DNA from: Paraspadella gotoi
Lineage: Eukaryota > Animalia > Chaetognatha
DNA: 64,000 bases
Assembly (NCBI GenBank): GCA_051294375.1
Contig: CM119270.1
Location: forward strand, 20,420,417 to 20,484,416
Direction of reading: 5' to 3'
The notes under the pieces are model-generated. The model searched no databases. It was not told where the DNA came from and saw only the letters and a list, made by a program, of their open reading frames with translations. How positions within the stretch are numbered: position 1 is the stretch's first letter; each line of letters begins with the position of its first letter. The position numbers and the translations under genes were made by a program. Below, one piece after another: positions 1 to 13,800 of this stretch.

Positions 1-389
1 TAATAATTTATCATCGGGTATTAAGAGTTCAGCGATTGCATCCTAACTGATTTGTTATTATGCTGTACATTTTTGACTCATCCGTTCGTCAAATGAGGTT
101 CGCCATATTGTAAATTTTTTTTGTTTCCTCTCAATCAAACAATTTTAAAGCCAAATATGGAATGTTAAAAACGTTCCAAAATACAACTACAACGAGCAAA
201 CCAACTTCTATGATTCTAACAGATTACCGAAATTCAGATAGACAAATAGAGACGATATTTGTAACAATTTTAGATAAAAAAAAAACAAAACAATTAAAAG
301 TGCAAAGTTTTTGAAATAACAACGGTATTTGTGAAAAAATAAAACAAAATTATAAGTTTACACGAAACATTCAACTGGAGTTTCACTTG

Positions 390-3300
390 TTATTTCTTTC
401 CCCTGGCCTTTTGCTGTAGCCATCTCTCGCAAATGTTCTTTATGATCGTTTGCCGAGTCTTTTTAGCTTCAGTGCAGATTTTCTCGACTGCAGCGGCAGA
501 GTTGATCTCGACTGCCACGAGGTAGGCGCTTTTGAGCCGATTAGCGCCGACGAGTCCTTCAATCTTTGCGTTCTTGTCTCGGATCGACGATACAAGGGAA
601 TCAACGAGTTCCGATTTGGATTCATCCACGTGATCTTGGAAGAGTGGCAAACAGTCGACTATCACCTCATCTCTTTGGCCTTCCTCATCTCGACCGCGCG
701 GAAGCGTCTCATTTAGAATCTTGGAAAAATCCGAGAGGCAATCGAGCCGCGCTAGAGCCGGAATCAGTTGTCGAAAGCAGACCAAGAGACTGAGGTTATT
801 CTTCTCAATGAGTGAGCGTACGTAACGATTTCGTAAGCTCACGTCCGTCTCTGTCGACAGGAGGATCAGCACAACGTCGATCTTTGACTGAGAACCGCCG
901 AACAGCGTCGGCAGCTCGCAATTGCCGGTACTGATGCCGACATTGTTTCCACTCTGCCTGGCGGAAGAGGATCGACGCCGACGCTCCTTGGACATTTCAA
1001 TCAGTTTTTCAAATTGCATAGGATCAGATTTTTCTTTGGACGCGAGCCATTGAGCGATTTCGATCTGTTGGTCGATTTTCGACATGTGGTAGTGGACGTT
1101 TTGAGCCGACATGGTCATTCTGAAGCCAGAAAACTCGCTCGTTGATTCGTTGGCTGACTTTTCAAGATGCAGTTTACTTCGAAGATACATTTCACAGTTA
1201 TGCCTAGCTTCCGTCATGAGAGTTGCGCGTCTCGTTAAATCCGAGTAAGTTTTTGCATCAGTGTGATACATTATTATGCACGTCATGGCTGCCCTTAGAT
1301 AGTCTTTCATGAAGAGCTGCATTTCTTTTAAAAGTTTGTTGTATTTGCTTCGACTCAAATACCTGCAACAACTGTTAAGATAAGGTAACCATTTATTGAG
1401 ACTTGGATCGAACATAATCATCTGGTCTTGTAGTTTAAACACTTCTTGTTTTGCTATGGAGGGTTTAAGAAGGGTTTCTACGAAAACGTCTTCCGAAACT
1501 TTTCGGTTCAAAACATAACCGACTGCTTTTTGTATATAATTATGTTTCACATAAAATCTGATAATGCTTGTATGCGAGCCGTATGTCTTCAAGTAGAATA
1601 AACATTCCTCAAAATACTCCTCAGAAATCTTGATGAAGGGTAGATTTTCATCGGTGGGTGAATAGGATTCCTTTAGACTCGAATCGATGAAACTTTCTAA
1701 AAATTCTACGAGCTGATCTAAAAATGTTTCTTCGCTGGAATTGGAATGATCTCGCGACGGTCTCATGAATTTGGAAAACTTAATGCGTGCAGAGAGAAAG
1801 TCTTTTTGTTCAAGACAGTACATTCCCCAGGCTCTCCATACTGCGCAATAATCTAACCTTAGTTTAGTTGATAACTCTAAAGCTAAATCGAATCTTTGTT
1901 CGGCTATAAATCTATCTCTCAATGATTGAGCAACAGTTTCTCGTTCTAAATCGTCAATCGATGGCAAATTACTTATTCCCGCCTGAATCATTTTCAAAAT
2001 GAGGTCAACCTTTGAAAGGCGGCTGTCAACAGTCTGAACACCCATACCTTGTTCACTCATTTCGTAATGAAACTTGGACTCTGTTAAAAGCTTCCGGAGT
2101 AACTGTAAAATATTGGAAAAATCTTTATGGTTCATCATTTTCATTGGTTTTAACAATTGAGAAATTTGATCGTTCATTATCAGCAATTCTTTAGCCACAA
2201 TAGATGGAGCACTTATCAAAACATAAATTGAAATCGCCAACTCCGCATTAGGAGATTTTTTAAAGAAAAACTTTTGTCGAGTTTTTTCATTTTCCAAACA
2301 ATTTGTTGTCAAGATCCAAAATCTGTCCGGCGTTGTATCTACTTCCCCACTTTCTGATTCATCATCTTGTGAGACTTCAATTTCCGAATGATACGGAGAA
2401 CCATACCGATCCAGCAATCTACGCTTAAGACGATCTTGAATAGATGTTGCTGGAGAAGAGGACAAATTGCTAAACTTCGAACATGTATTACAAATTCTAA
2501 CGAACGCTTTTGAAATATATACTTTTTGTTGGGAACACTCTGCACAAATAACTCGGCCACACCACCGACAATGATGCCGACGAAAAAATACACTAAATTC
2601 TTGATTGCATGATGGACACATTTCAACATCGTCATCGGGTTCCCAGTCTTTTTTGTTTACTGGCTCCTGTGGGACTCTGAACATACTTTGAGAAATTCTT
2701 CTTGTAGAACGCTTTTCAACATACATGGACTTTAGAAAATGAGTATCACTCTCATCCGTTAAGTCTTCCTCACAACTGTTAACCTCAGTTTTGACAACCA
2801 ACGCTTTTTTTCCGTATTCTATTAAAATTCTATCGAGTTTTTCAGAAAATGTTTTATCAGGAATTAAATTTTCCGATCTGAACTTTTTTATGACGTTAGC
2901 TGCGCAATCGATCATGTCATTCATTATAAGCATTTCAATGAGGAGAAGAGGCTCAAAAGACAATTCTTCATAAGCTCCACGCATATTATCTGGGACGCAT
3001 GCTAATGTTTCAAGCCCTACCAATATGCACTGAAGTTGACTTTGCCTTGAATCGTCGATTCCGAGCTTAAGCTCATTCAACATGTAAGTAATCACACTTA
3101 TCATGCCTTCTGAGTGTACTATTTCACCAGGAGCTACTATTTTTTCACATGCTTCAGCACACTTTTCTTCACCTAATGTTTTGCGAAAAGTTTCTAAAAT
3201 TTTTATAATCATATCGGGACAAAAGTTTTCTGGTCGAATTTTTTCTCTCAAGATCATATCAAACATATCATATTTTACTCTGTTTGGAACATTCCAAAAT

Positions 3301-6300
3301 TCTGCCCAATCCATTGCAGTTTCTACGTCCCCAGATTGCATAATGACGTTTAGTATAAACCCAGGTCGCTTTAAAGTGAGTGCATTAACCGATTTCCAGC
3401 CTGCTGCTAACAATTTCATATCATCTAATTCTTTGTCAGGTGTACCTTCAATTTTATCTATGTCACTCTCAAATATTTCATTTTTCAATAAGCATTTTGC
3501 ATGATTCATTATTGTAGTACATATAATTAATTTTTTATGCAGAATTTTTATCAATTCTTTGAGCTGCGATGAGGACTCATCTTCAAGCCTTAATTTCGCA
3601 CTTTCCAAATACTGAATACTTTGTTCTAAGGAGCAAGTCCTCAACAATGACAAAATTATTCGTGTATACAACTCTGATTGGGAAATACTATTCAATGTAT
3701 CTTTGAAATCTCGATGACCTTTTGGAATAGAACCTAAAATAGTTGCATAAGCCATATTCTTTAGCTCCAAAATTTCGTTTGATGTCAGAACTAATGATAT
3801 TGGATTTAAAAAAAGGGATGATAAAAATTCTTGCCAGTATTTTCCAGTTATTATCATATTTAAAATGCTTTGCACGTACAAAAACACTGTTCCATTATCT
3901 GACTCAGTTCTGTTTTTAAAAGAGTTTATATCTTGAGAAATAATACTGTTTTGATCCATTTCAGGATCAGGAGCTGAAGTCTTAAAATAGTTTTGCTTGA
4001 GAAGTGACGCCATTCTAGAAAACGGAGGGCATTTATTTCTCAGAAAAATCATGTCAGTTTGACTCAGAGGAAAAGACTTAAAAGTACCTTGAACAACATT
4101 TTGAAATGCTTCAAACTTACTGCTTTTTATAATGTCAGAGAAATGATGATAATCCTGAACGATAGTGATTGAACAATCAAATATATATGATTTCAAAGTG
4201 AAAGGCTTAATAGCGTTTTCGTCCTTATTAGGAGATACCAGCTCATTTTGCAGCTGAGTAATTTGAGATTTCATTGGATAGGCTGTTATATGTCTAAGTA
4301 TAAAATCTAAAACCGATTCTCTCTCTTCATTTGATATTTCAACAATATTGTCTGAAGTAAAATTTTGAAGATTAGCATACCAGCACAACTGAGGTGGAAT
4401 TACTAAGATTGATTTCTCATAATCTATATCTATGGCAGTATTCAATAGCTGTCGAGTCGCCATTTCTAATTGGAGATCATAGCTTTCAGGATATAATATT
4501 TGAAAAGGTGCCGAACTTTTGAATGCAAATGAGAGAAAAAATATTAATCTTGGCTCATGAGGAGGGCTATAGATGGACCAAGCATCTTCTGGATGCAATG
4601 AGGCCAATCCCGAGTACAGTAAGTGATCTTTAATCTCCATTGGCCAAAATATCCGGCGTAAAATGATCAGTTGTAAGTCAAGAAGATTTACCCGCCCTAA
4701 CTGTCCAATAGAAAAAGTGTTTTTGTAAATATATCGGAGGTTATTAAGCGGATTTGACTTTCCTGTTACAAAATCCTCAGGATGACTTTCTAACTTATCT
4801 TCGTGGTTTGGCATAGATCCTTGTTTCAAGGCAGAAATAACTGCAAGCAAACTGAATAAATTAGCAAAAAAACTTGCTTTGTCGTGATCAGTTTTCAGCA
4901 GATTCAAATCTAAGCCGGGTAAATGTTCTTCCAAACATCGATTTATCCTTTTAAATTCAAACCTTTCAGAAACCGCTTTTGCTGTATTGATATTAAAAAC
5001 CACATTTCCAAAATTATTAAGTAGACTCTGAACATTTTCCGCTAATCTTATCACAAATTCGCTGGGCTTGTCAGGAGAAGGGCAAGTAAAAATTTCGTTA
5101 GCATCCGACAAAGATGATGATAAACTACTTTGATCAATGGAACCATCTTTCACGGATTCTTCGGCATCTTCTGAAACCTGTTTTTGAGGAAAGGCAAGTT
5201 GTTTTTTTGCCTTTTTCAGTAGTTCTATAGTTTTAGAAGGGACAACCGTGGAAGAAGTTAACTCTAATTGGATTTTGTCGATGGCAGCAATCCCTCTAGC
5301 GGCTGTTTCAGCCAAACTTGAAAGAGAGCTCGATAGAGAAGCACGTCTATTATCAGTGGTCCGATCTTTTTGCAAAATATTTTTTTCGTCTTTTGTATCA
5401 ACATTTTTCATTATTTCTGCGCTTACATGGCTGTCGTCAACTTTTTTTAAACTGTTTTCGAAATCAGATTTGGCCTGCTTATCATGGGTACTGGCATTGT
5501 TTTCTTCTAAACGTGATAAGCTTTCTTCTAATTTTTCCACTATTTCATTATTTTCAGTCAGAGCTGGAGTTGAGGCTTCTTCTGATTTTGTAATTTCTTC
5601 ACCAACATTTTCCGTACATATCATTTCTGTATTTTTATCCTCTTCTCTTATTATTCCTGATGAATTACTGTCAAAATTTTCTTCTCTGGCAAAATTTTCA
5701 CTCATTTCAGCTTTTTGAAACGTTTCTGTTTCAGTAGCTTCCTTTTCAACTTGCAATTCCGATTCACTATCTTTGGATTCCACGTTTTTTGGTAGATTTT
5801 CAACAACGTTACCATCTGCAAATAAAACAAAAAAATGTATTAAATATAATCATAAAATTACAATATATAAATACAATCATAGTTACCGTTTATTTCTTCA
5901 AAGTGTAGACTTGAGTTTATTAAAACACCAAGTAAAGTTTCTTCATCTTTGAAAAACCTCATCACACACATTGCTTTTTCAAAGTCACTTTGTTCTAAAG
6001 TAGCCAAGAGAATCAATTCTATTGGTTTCCATATGTTAACAAAAAAATTATTCTCCCCTTCAAAATATTTGCAAGAATTCTCTGACAATGAAACTGTATC
6101 GGGAGAGGAACAACGTGAGGAATTCGGAGAATCATAGTCCAGCATGAATGACAAAGGTGTGGGACTTCTTAGGGGAGTCGGAGAAGAAGGCCACCGAGGG
6201 AATTCCATTTGACTGCCTTTTTCAGACATACACAATGAAAATTCATCGAAAGGTAACCATCCCGCAAACTGAGTGCATCGCCACTTGCATTCAGACAGAC

Positions 6301-8290
6301 AATTCTTCATGAATTCAATTCTTAGATTTATGTTTTTTACTTTGCTGGGTGACAGAGATGATTCCAGTTCCTTCTCTCTTTGCATGGCATTGAAATCTAA
6401 CGTTCCCTTTTCCATCTTTGTCATCGTTTCCTGTCGAAGGTTTTCTATCAGGTCCAGATTTGGTTGGAGACTCGAGACGACCTCTTGCATGACTGTCATG
6501 TCCACTAAATAGGATCGCCTACATTCTTCAATGTCTCTTTGACTCGATTCTGGCCTCATAATGGCCTCAATAATGTCACCGTAAGAGAGGAAGAGAAGAG
6601 AAAAAATTGCTTCCATCGTTTGAAGGCGTAGGGTTAGTGGAAATATCGAAGATAAGCATTTGCTTCCATCCTCAATATTAGATCTTGCGTCCGTTTTCAC
6701 TCGAGATTTTTTCTGTTTCCAGAAAGCCCGTTTTCTAGGAGTGTTTGTCGCGCTATGAATGGCATCGACGCTTCCCAGGATCGCCCTGGCATAATGTCGC
6801 ACGGTCGTCAAACTAATAAATATAGCCAAACTTTTGTCATTTTGCAACGGCTCCGTATTCGCTTTGTTCAGCTCCATAAATAACTGCATCAGCTTTGTCT
6901 CGGAAACGGCGAGAAAATTGTCTTCGCTTTTTAGTTGGTCGAGAGGCACTCGGTTTATCACAGACGTTGCGTCGACAGTGAAAGACGGTTTCATTTTCCA
7001 AACTAGTTTCATTTGATCAAAGGCGTTTTCGATGACTGTCATTTCGTTATCGCTGTCTAAAAATTCCGTAGCCCACGAAGTTTTGATGAGCCCTATCGTT
7101 TGACAAAGTTGTTTTTTGGCGTTAAAATTCGTCCCAATGAGCAATCTCAACAAGGGCAGCAAAGGATGCGCGAGGAGATTCCTCCTTCTCACGTCGATTT
7201 GATTTCCCATTACCGTTCCAATTCTCGATTCCATCAAATGTTTTTGAGTCGAGCCAAAGTAGTTTTGCTCCGAGAGAATGGCCACAGCGTCGGCGGAATA
7301 CCCATTGAAATTGGGCGAGACGAAATCTCTCATCGAAGAGAGCAACTCGTTCTTGTCGCATCGATCCTCTTCCGCAGTTTCCCGCCAAATCTTTTCCTCG
7401 ATCTCTCCGTAAATTCGCGCCAAATGCCGATCGCCGGAAGCGATGAGGCGGAGGAACTCCGGATGCGGCGTGCGGCAGCGTTTGCGGCAAAGTTGACGCG
7501 CGATTTCTAGACAGAGATTTTCCAACGTTTTTTCCTCTACGTTTCTGGCGTCGAAGCAAAGGAGCAAAATGTAAAGTCTTTCTTCTTCTTTGACGTCGAT
7601 GAAACTACGATCCCGCTGTCGATCCTCACAGTTCTCATTGTCGGCCTTCAACTTTTTTAAAATGTTATGGATAGATTCGACCGGGATGCCGTGGATTAGC
7701 CTGTCATTGTCCAGGAATCGACCGTCAACTCCTCGACTTCCGCTCGTGATGCACTCAACAATCTTTGCTCCAAAGGATGGAGCGATTCTGTAAACGGCCA
7801 TGAGGTATTCCAAAACTCGACCGCTTAGCGCCGGTCGGTCTTTGTTGGTGGAACTAGCGCCGGTTTTTTCGGTGGCGTTTTCGGCGTCCAACGCCCCCAT
7901 GTATGCGTCGATCTCGTTGAAGACTTCCGCCGTTTGATGGAGACCGAATCGACGCTCGACTTCGACGAGGAGGAAGCGGACGTAGATTCGATTCTTGAAG
8001 ACGCGTTCCAAGGCGCCGCCTTCCGCGACCAAGAGGGCCTCGTACTCGACCAAGCAAAACCAAGCCAAGTGATGGGGCGTGGGGATCTCGGACGATCCTT
8101 TGGTACACTGGTGGGGATCGCGGATGATCTTGCGCAGGACGTCCAGCAGATCGAGCCCGGGGTCTCGCTGCTGGGCAAGTTTGGGGATCTGAGCTTTGGC
8201 TTGACTCCATCTTCCTTCATTGATGTTCTCGAAGAAGCTGTTGAAGAGCTTGCGAGCTTGGAAGGCGGATTTGACTCGCGAAGATGCCAT
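390..8290 (-). CDS. ZFYVE26: Spastizin / zinc finger FYVE domain-containing protein 26 orthologue, 2 exons (5887-8290, 390-5815), ~2609 aa
   Basis: The 816-aa and 1797-aa ORFs join in frame across a 71-bp GTAACT...TTGCAG phase-1 intron (5816-5886). The FYVE domain is complete (WEPDD, CPSC, RRHHCRWCGRVIC, VRICNTC). It is followed by spastizin-like C-terminal motifs (SLRDRFIAEQRFDLALELSTK, AVWRAWG, YLKTYGSH, QLFMKDYLRAAMTCI, RLKSAYLVAV). Length resembles vertebrate spastizin. The first in-frame ATG is at 8290. Confidence 0.9.
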
Positions 8291-9285
8291 TCCAGATTTG
8301 GATGACAAATGACAAAGTTTTTAGAGTTTTAGTTTGGATTCGGGTCGCGTCATTTTAAGAGTTTTCTTTATTCACATATGAAGTTAATTTTAATATAAAT
8401 AGAAATAAATAACTATCTTCGTGATATTTTTACATCGTTTTTGTTTATTTTGGCTTTGGAATGTTTTTTATTTCTTTCTTTCTCTCAATCATATTCGGTC
8501 TTGAGCTTTGGATCGATTATGAAAGGGGCACGTCATATGACTAAAAAAAATCATGTGCTAACGGGCGGGGCCAGAGGGCGCTTTATGTTTTTGTAATTTA
8601 CAAGGAATAATCACGTAACGCGGAAACGTCATTACCATTGTTACGTTGATATAACGAACAAGTTCCTTTCTAACTTGAACTTTTTTTTTGGAAAAGCAAC
8701 AGTGAGAAACAAAAAGGCAGGAGAGTTTGCACTTAAAAATGAAATTAGTATAACTTGGCAATGTCGTACAAATATATCAATACAAGGTTTTACAAATGTC
8801 AATATTATACAGGCAAATCACGTAGATAAAGTAAAAAATATACAACTCGATGATAAGAATGTAGATTTTATAAACTATTCAAAAAACGTGTCTCTTGTTT
8901 CCAGTTTGCGTGGGAAGCTCGATAGATGGCCTCAAATACGTTCCACGTGAAAGGAGTCGGGTCTGGGATGACAAATGAACAATATTTTTATATATGTATG
9001 TCAATATCAATGTTAATATTTCACTTAGGTTATATCCAAATGAAAGTTATAAATTAAAAAAAAACAAAAAAACCAAGGGCAATTTATGTAAATCGAACAA
9101 ATCGAAATTAGTACATAATTTAATTTAGCTCGGTACTTTCGGGTTTTTTTCGATGCAGTATAGACAGACATAGATAGACTGATTGACAGATAGACAGACA
9201 GGCAAATACAAAGGGACAATACGACAGAATTGAATTAAATTAAAGGGAAAGTAAAGGGAAAGTTGTGACTTTCCTTCTCACCTAA

Positions 9286-10804
9286 TTAACAAACGTCGCA
9301 GGCGAAAGGACAAGTTCTTGACATGAAGTGAGCCATGTCCGGATCGGATCTGAGAACGCGGGAGAGAGGGGTAGGGGGAGAAGACAAAATGAGAAAAAAA
9401 AGAAGGAAATGAATGACATTACATTAGTTACATTACACGAGTTACATTGCATTTTAAAACAGGAAGCGATTAGAAAAAAAAGGGAGAAAAAATAAACTTA
9501 GGAAATGAGAAATAAAGACGAAAATAAAGAAGAAAGAAATAAAGGAAAATGAAAGAAATGAAAAAAAGAAAAGAAAGATAATTAAATTAAACAAATAATC
9601 TTAAAACAATAAATAGTATTGTTAAATAGATCAAATGAAAAAAATCCCCAAAAAATGAGAAAAAATAAAAATAAATATAAAATGAAAAATAAAGAATTTA
9701 ATAAGGAAAAAAAACTAGGGAAAAATAAGGAAAATAATAAAAGAGGGAAATGCGAAAAGGGGAAAATAAGGAAAAAGAAGGGAGGAACAGGGGGGGCGGC
9801 ACGTCCCGTCGAAAGAAATATATTAGACGGATCTACGAGGAGGCGGGTAACGAATAGCGCAATCTAACGGACGGCGGGGAAAATAAGAGGGATTAAGGAC
9901 CAAATTGGACAAAGAAAGAAAAAAAAGACAAATCGTTGTAACGAAAGGATAGGGTGGTGAGAGAGAGAGAGAGCAGAGAGAGAGAGAGCGAGAGAGAGAG
10001 AGAGAGAGAGAGAGAGCAATATTATCGACCATGACCATAAAAACAACAACAACAACCAAAATCAAAGTCTTAAACTTCCCTAAAAGTGTTTTTTTTTCTT
10101 TGTTGTCTATATTGTTATTGTCATTTTTATTGTTATTATTGTTGTTGTTGTTATTGTTGTTCCCGTTTCACCTGCACATCCCGTCCGTCGCCCACATCTC
10201 GCATTTGCTGCTTCTGTCCACGCACGCGCCACGAGCGCGCAATTCGCGTTTGCACCCGTCGCACGCAAATGCGCACGTTCTGGCCATGAGGTTCGAAGTC
10301 TCAGCGTCTCTGCGTGGAAAAGAGAGAAGATTGTCGGTCTGTCTGTCTCATTGTCTGTCTATATATTTTTATACCTGTTTATTATTCTATCTGACAATTT
10401 AAAATGTTACAATCTATGTATTTTATCGGCCAAAAATAGTTAGAAAGTTTATTGTTTTTTTTTACCAATCGAAAAAAATTAAACTAAATATTACTCAAAA
10501 CCAAAAAAATTATGACTAAAAATATTATTAAAATAGTAAGACAATGATTAAAATATGTTAATTTTTTCACCTGCAAAGGCCGTCGACAGCGTATTGCTCG
10601 CATTTCGGGCTGAAATCCATGCATCTCTTTTCTTCCTCCGAAATTCGCTCAGCGATTTCTTGCAGATCCTCAATGGCTCTGGCGTGACGGCTAACTTCGC
10701 GCTTGCAGGAGTCGCAGGCAAAGGCGCAACTCTTTGCCATCAGGTTCGATGTCTCGGAATCTCTGAATGGAAATTTCGATAAAACTCTCTCTCTCATCTC
10801 TCTT

Positions 10805-10837
<33 letters not shown>

Positions 10838-10839
10838 TT

Positions 10840-10870
<31 letters not shown>

Positions 10871-13800
10871 CTCTCTCTCTCCCTCTCTCTCTCTCTCAAC
10901 ATCTCACACCTGCAAAGCCCATCCACGGCGTATTGTTCGCACTTGGGACTGAAATCCTGACATCTCTTTTCCATGTCAGGAATGTTTCTCGCCACTTCTT
11001 TCAAATCCTCAATAGCTCTGGCATGCCTGCTCAGAATGTCTCTCTTGCAAATGTCGCAAGCCGAAGCGCAGGTTTTGGTCATTAAGCCGGACGTTTCACT
11101 TTGCCTGCGATCGGGCAAAACAATTTAGTAAAAACAATACAAAATCACCCATTTATTTAACAAATTAGCTAAGTATCTTTTTTTCTGATTTTGGACAGGC
11201 TATTGTGGGTTCCGGCCACAATCTGTCTTACAAGAAAATAACATGGCAAAGTCCTGAAAGCTTTTAATCAAGACTTGGTATAATATTCTACATATGAAGA
11301 TTAGTATAACTTGTGACGTAATTCCGCCTCTCGGTCATCGTACCGATTGCACTTTCTCACAATCCGTTCGCATCCGACCATCTGTTTGCAACTCTCTCAC
11401 AATCCGTTCGCATCCGATCATCTGTTTGCAACTTTCTCACAATCCGTTCGCATCCGACCATCTGTTTGCAACTTTCTCACAATCCGTTCGCATCCGACCA
11501 TCTGTTTGCAACTCTCTCACAATCCGTTCGCATCCGATCATCTGTTTGCAACTTTCTCACAATCCGTTCGCATCCGACCCTCTGTTCGCAACTTTCCCGC
11601 GCGCACCTGCAAAGTCCGTCCCCGGCGTAGAGTTCGCACTTTGGGCTAAAGTCCTGGCACCGTTTTGCCATCCCCGGGCTCCGCTTTGCCATCTCCTGGA
11701 TCCGCGCCGCCACTTCTGTCAGCTCCTCGATCGCGCGCGCGACGAGGCTCACCTCCTCCCGTTTGCAGGCGTCGCACGCAAATGCGCACGTGCGTGACAT
11801 TAGGTTGGAAGTCTCCGCGTCTCTGGAGGATGGAATGATAAAAAAAATAGATCAATCCAATCACTCAATCACTCAATCATTTATTCTATCAATCAATCAA
11901 TCGATCGAACAAACAATTAATCAATCAATTTATCAATTAATCAATCAATCAATCCATCCATCAATCAATCAATCAAACAATCAATCATTCAATCAATCTC
12001 CCCCCTTCTCTTTTTAACCTGCAAAGTCCGTCCACCGCGTACTGTTCGCATTTAGGGCTAAAGTCTTGACATCCCCTTTTCGCTTCCTCTACATCCGGGT
12101 TTTGGGCGTCTGCTTTAAGTTCGGCGATGGAACGAGCGCGGCGCCTCTTGCGGTCGGTGCAGACGTCGCAGGCGAACGGGCAGGCGCGGGAGAGGTAGGC
12201 GTGACGGGAGGGGTCGCTTGGGGTTGTGGGTGGTGGGAGGGGTGGGTATAGGGAGGTGGTTGGATTGACAATGACAGCGGGGACGAAAGGGACGATGACA
12301 ACGACGACGAAATTGACGATGACAACGACGAAAGTGCGGATGACAACAAAGAGGGCAACAGTTACTGCTTGCGGTGATGGCGACAGAAAAGACAGTTAAG
12401 ACAACGAGATAGACGTCGCTAACAGCGAGCAATGACGACAGCAACGAAAGCGACAGTGATTAAACAGCAACCAACTCAAGCGACAATAACATTGACTGAA
12501 ATGGCGACGGAAGCGATAACGACTTCAACAGAAGTTGCAATGACGAAGACGAAGACAGCAACGACGACTACAACGACGACGACGACTTCCTCAACGACGG
12601 CATCAACGTCCACCATCTCTCACGTGCAGAATCCCTCCGTCGCGAAGATTTCGCAATTGGGATCAACGTCGACGCAAGAGGATCGAGTCTCGATTTCTCT
12701 CTTGCATCCATCGCAAGACGACGGGCAGGATTTGGCCATCAGGGCGGAAGTCTCAGAGTCGCTGAGGGGTGGGGGGGAAGAGTGAAATTTGGGACAGGGG
12801 AGATCAATTAATCAATCAATCAATAGAGTTATCAATCAATATAGTTATTGACCGATTAATCAATCAATTTCTTTATTCGTCAGTTAAGCAATAAATTCAA
12901 AATTTTTTTTAAAGTTTTTTTTAAATATAAGAATCAAGAACGTCATTTTCATAATGCTGTCGTTTTTACGATTGAATAAATGCTTAAATGTATCGCGGTA
13001 TCATTGTATCATTTGCCTTTTATTTGGAAAAATGTCTACCGTTGTGCAGCAACTTAAAGCTGCCTCACTGTGTCCGTCCTCAGCCTCGTCTCAATGGCTG
13101 AGCAGGCTAAATCATCTCATTCCATCCGTGCGTCCCGGGTTCAATCCCTGGTATCCCGTTCTGGCTTAAATGTGACGGTGCCCGTATAAACATGCCAGTG
13201 ACAGGAGGCGGTCACTGAGGGTCCGCAGCCCCTACGCCAGTTGGTGAGATACCCCGCGCCCTGGGTATCACAGGCTATCCTCCTGTTGCCATAAAGTGGT
13301 GAGCCCTACTCTCGAACACGCAACCGCTGCGCACCGTGCGCCCACCGTTACGTCGCTTAGGGTATTGCATATCACGCCTATGCCCTACTTCTCTGGTAAC
13401 GCTCCAGACTCGCTCGCTCGCTCGCTCGCCCGCTCTCACTATGGCAATGAGATCAAAACCTTCTCTCAGACATCTCCTCAGGATTGAGGCCCCTGTGGGA
13501 GAAGTCTGGTGGGGGATCCTGTGGCAGCAAGACTTAAAGCTGCCTCACTGCTGTCCTCCTCAGCCTCGTCTCAATGGCTGAGCAGGTTAATTTATCTCAT
13601 TCCATCCGTGCGTCCCGGGTTCAATCCCTGGGTATCCTGGTTCTGGCTTAAATGTGACGGTGCCGGTATAAACATGCCAGTGACAGGAGGCGGTCACTGA
13701 GGTCCGCAAGCCCCGGGTTATCACAGGCTATCCTCCCGTTGCCATAACCGCTCCATTTCCTGCTATGCTATTTTCCACTCTCTTCCACTCTCTTTCTTTT

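Noticed and set aside
7100-8305. Several overlapping antisense or alternate-frame ORFs of 118-145 aa
   Set aside because: Shadow ORFs expected in the GC-rich 5' part of ZFYVE26, with no recognisable domains.
8525-8950. CACGT-containing motifs upstream of ZFYVE26 as CLEAR/TFEB sites
   Set aside because: None matches the full GTCACGTGAC consensus, and such short motifs arise by chance.
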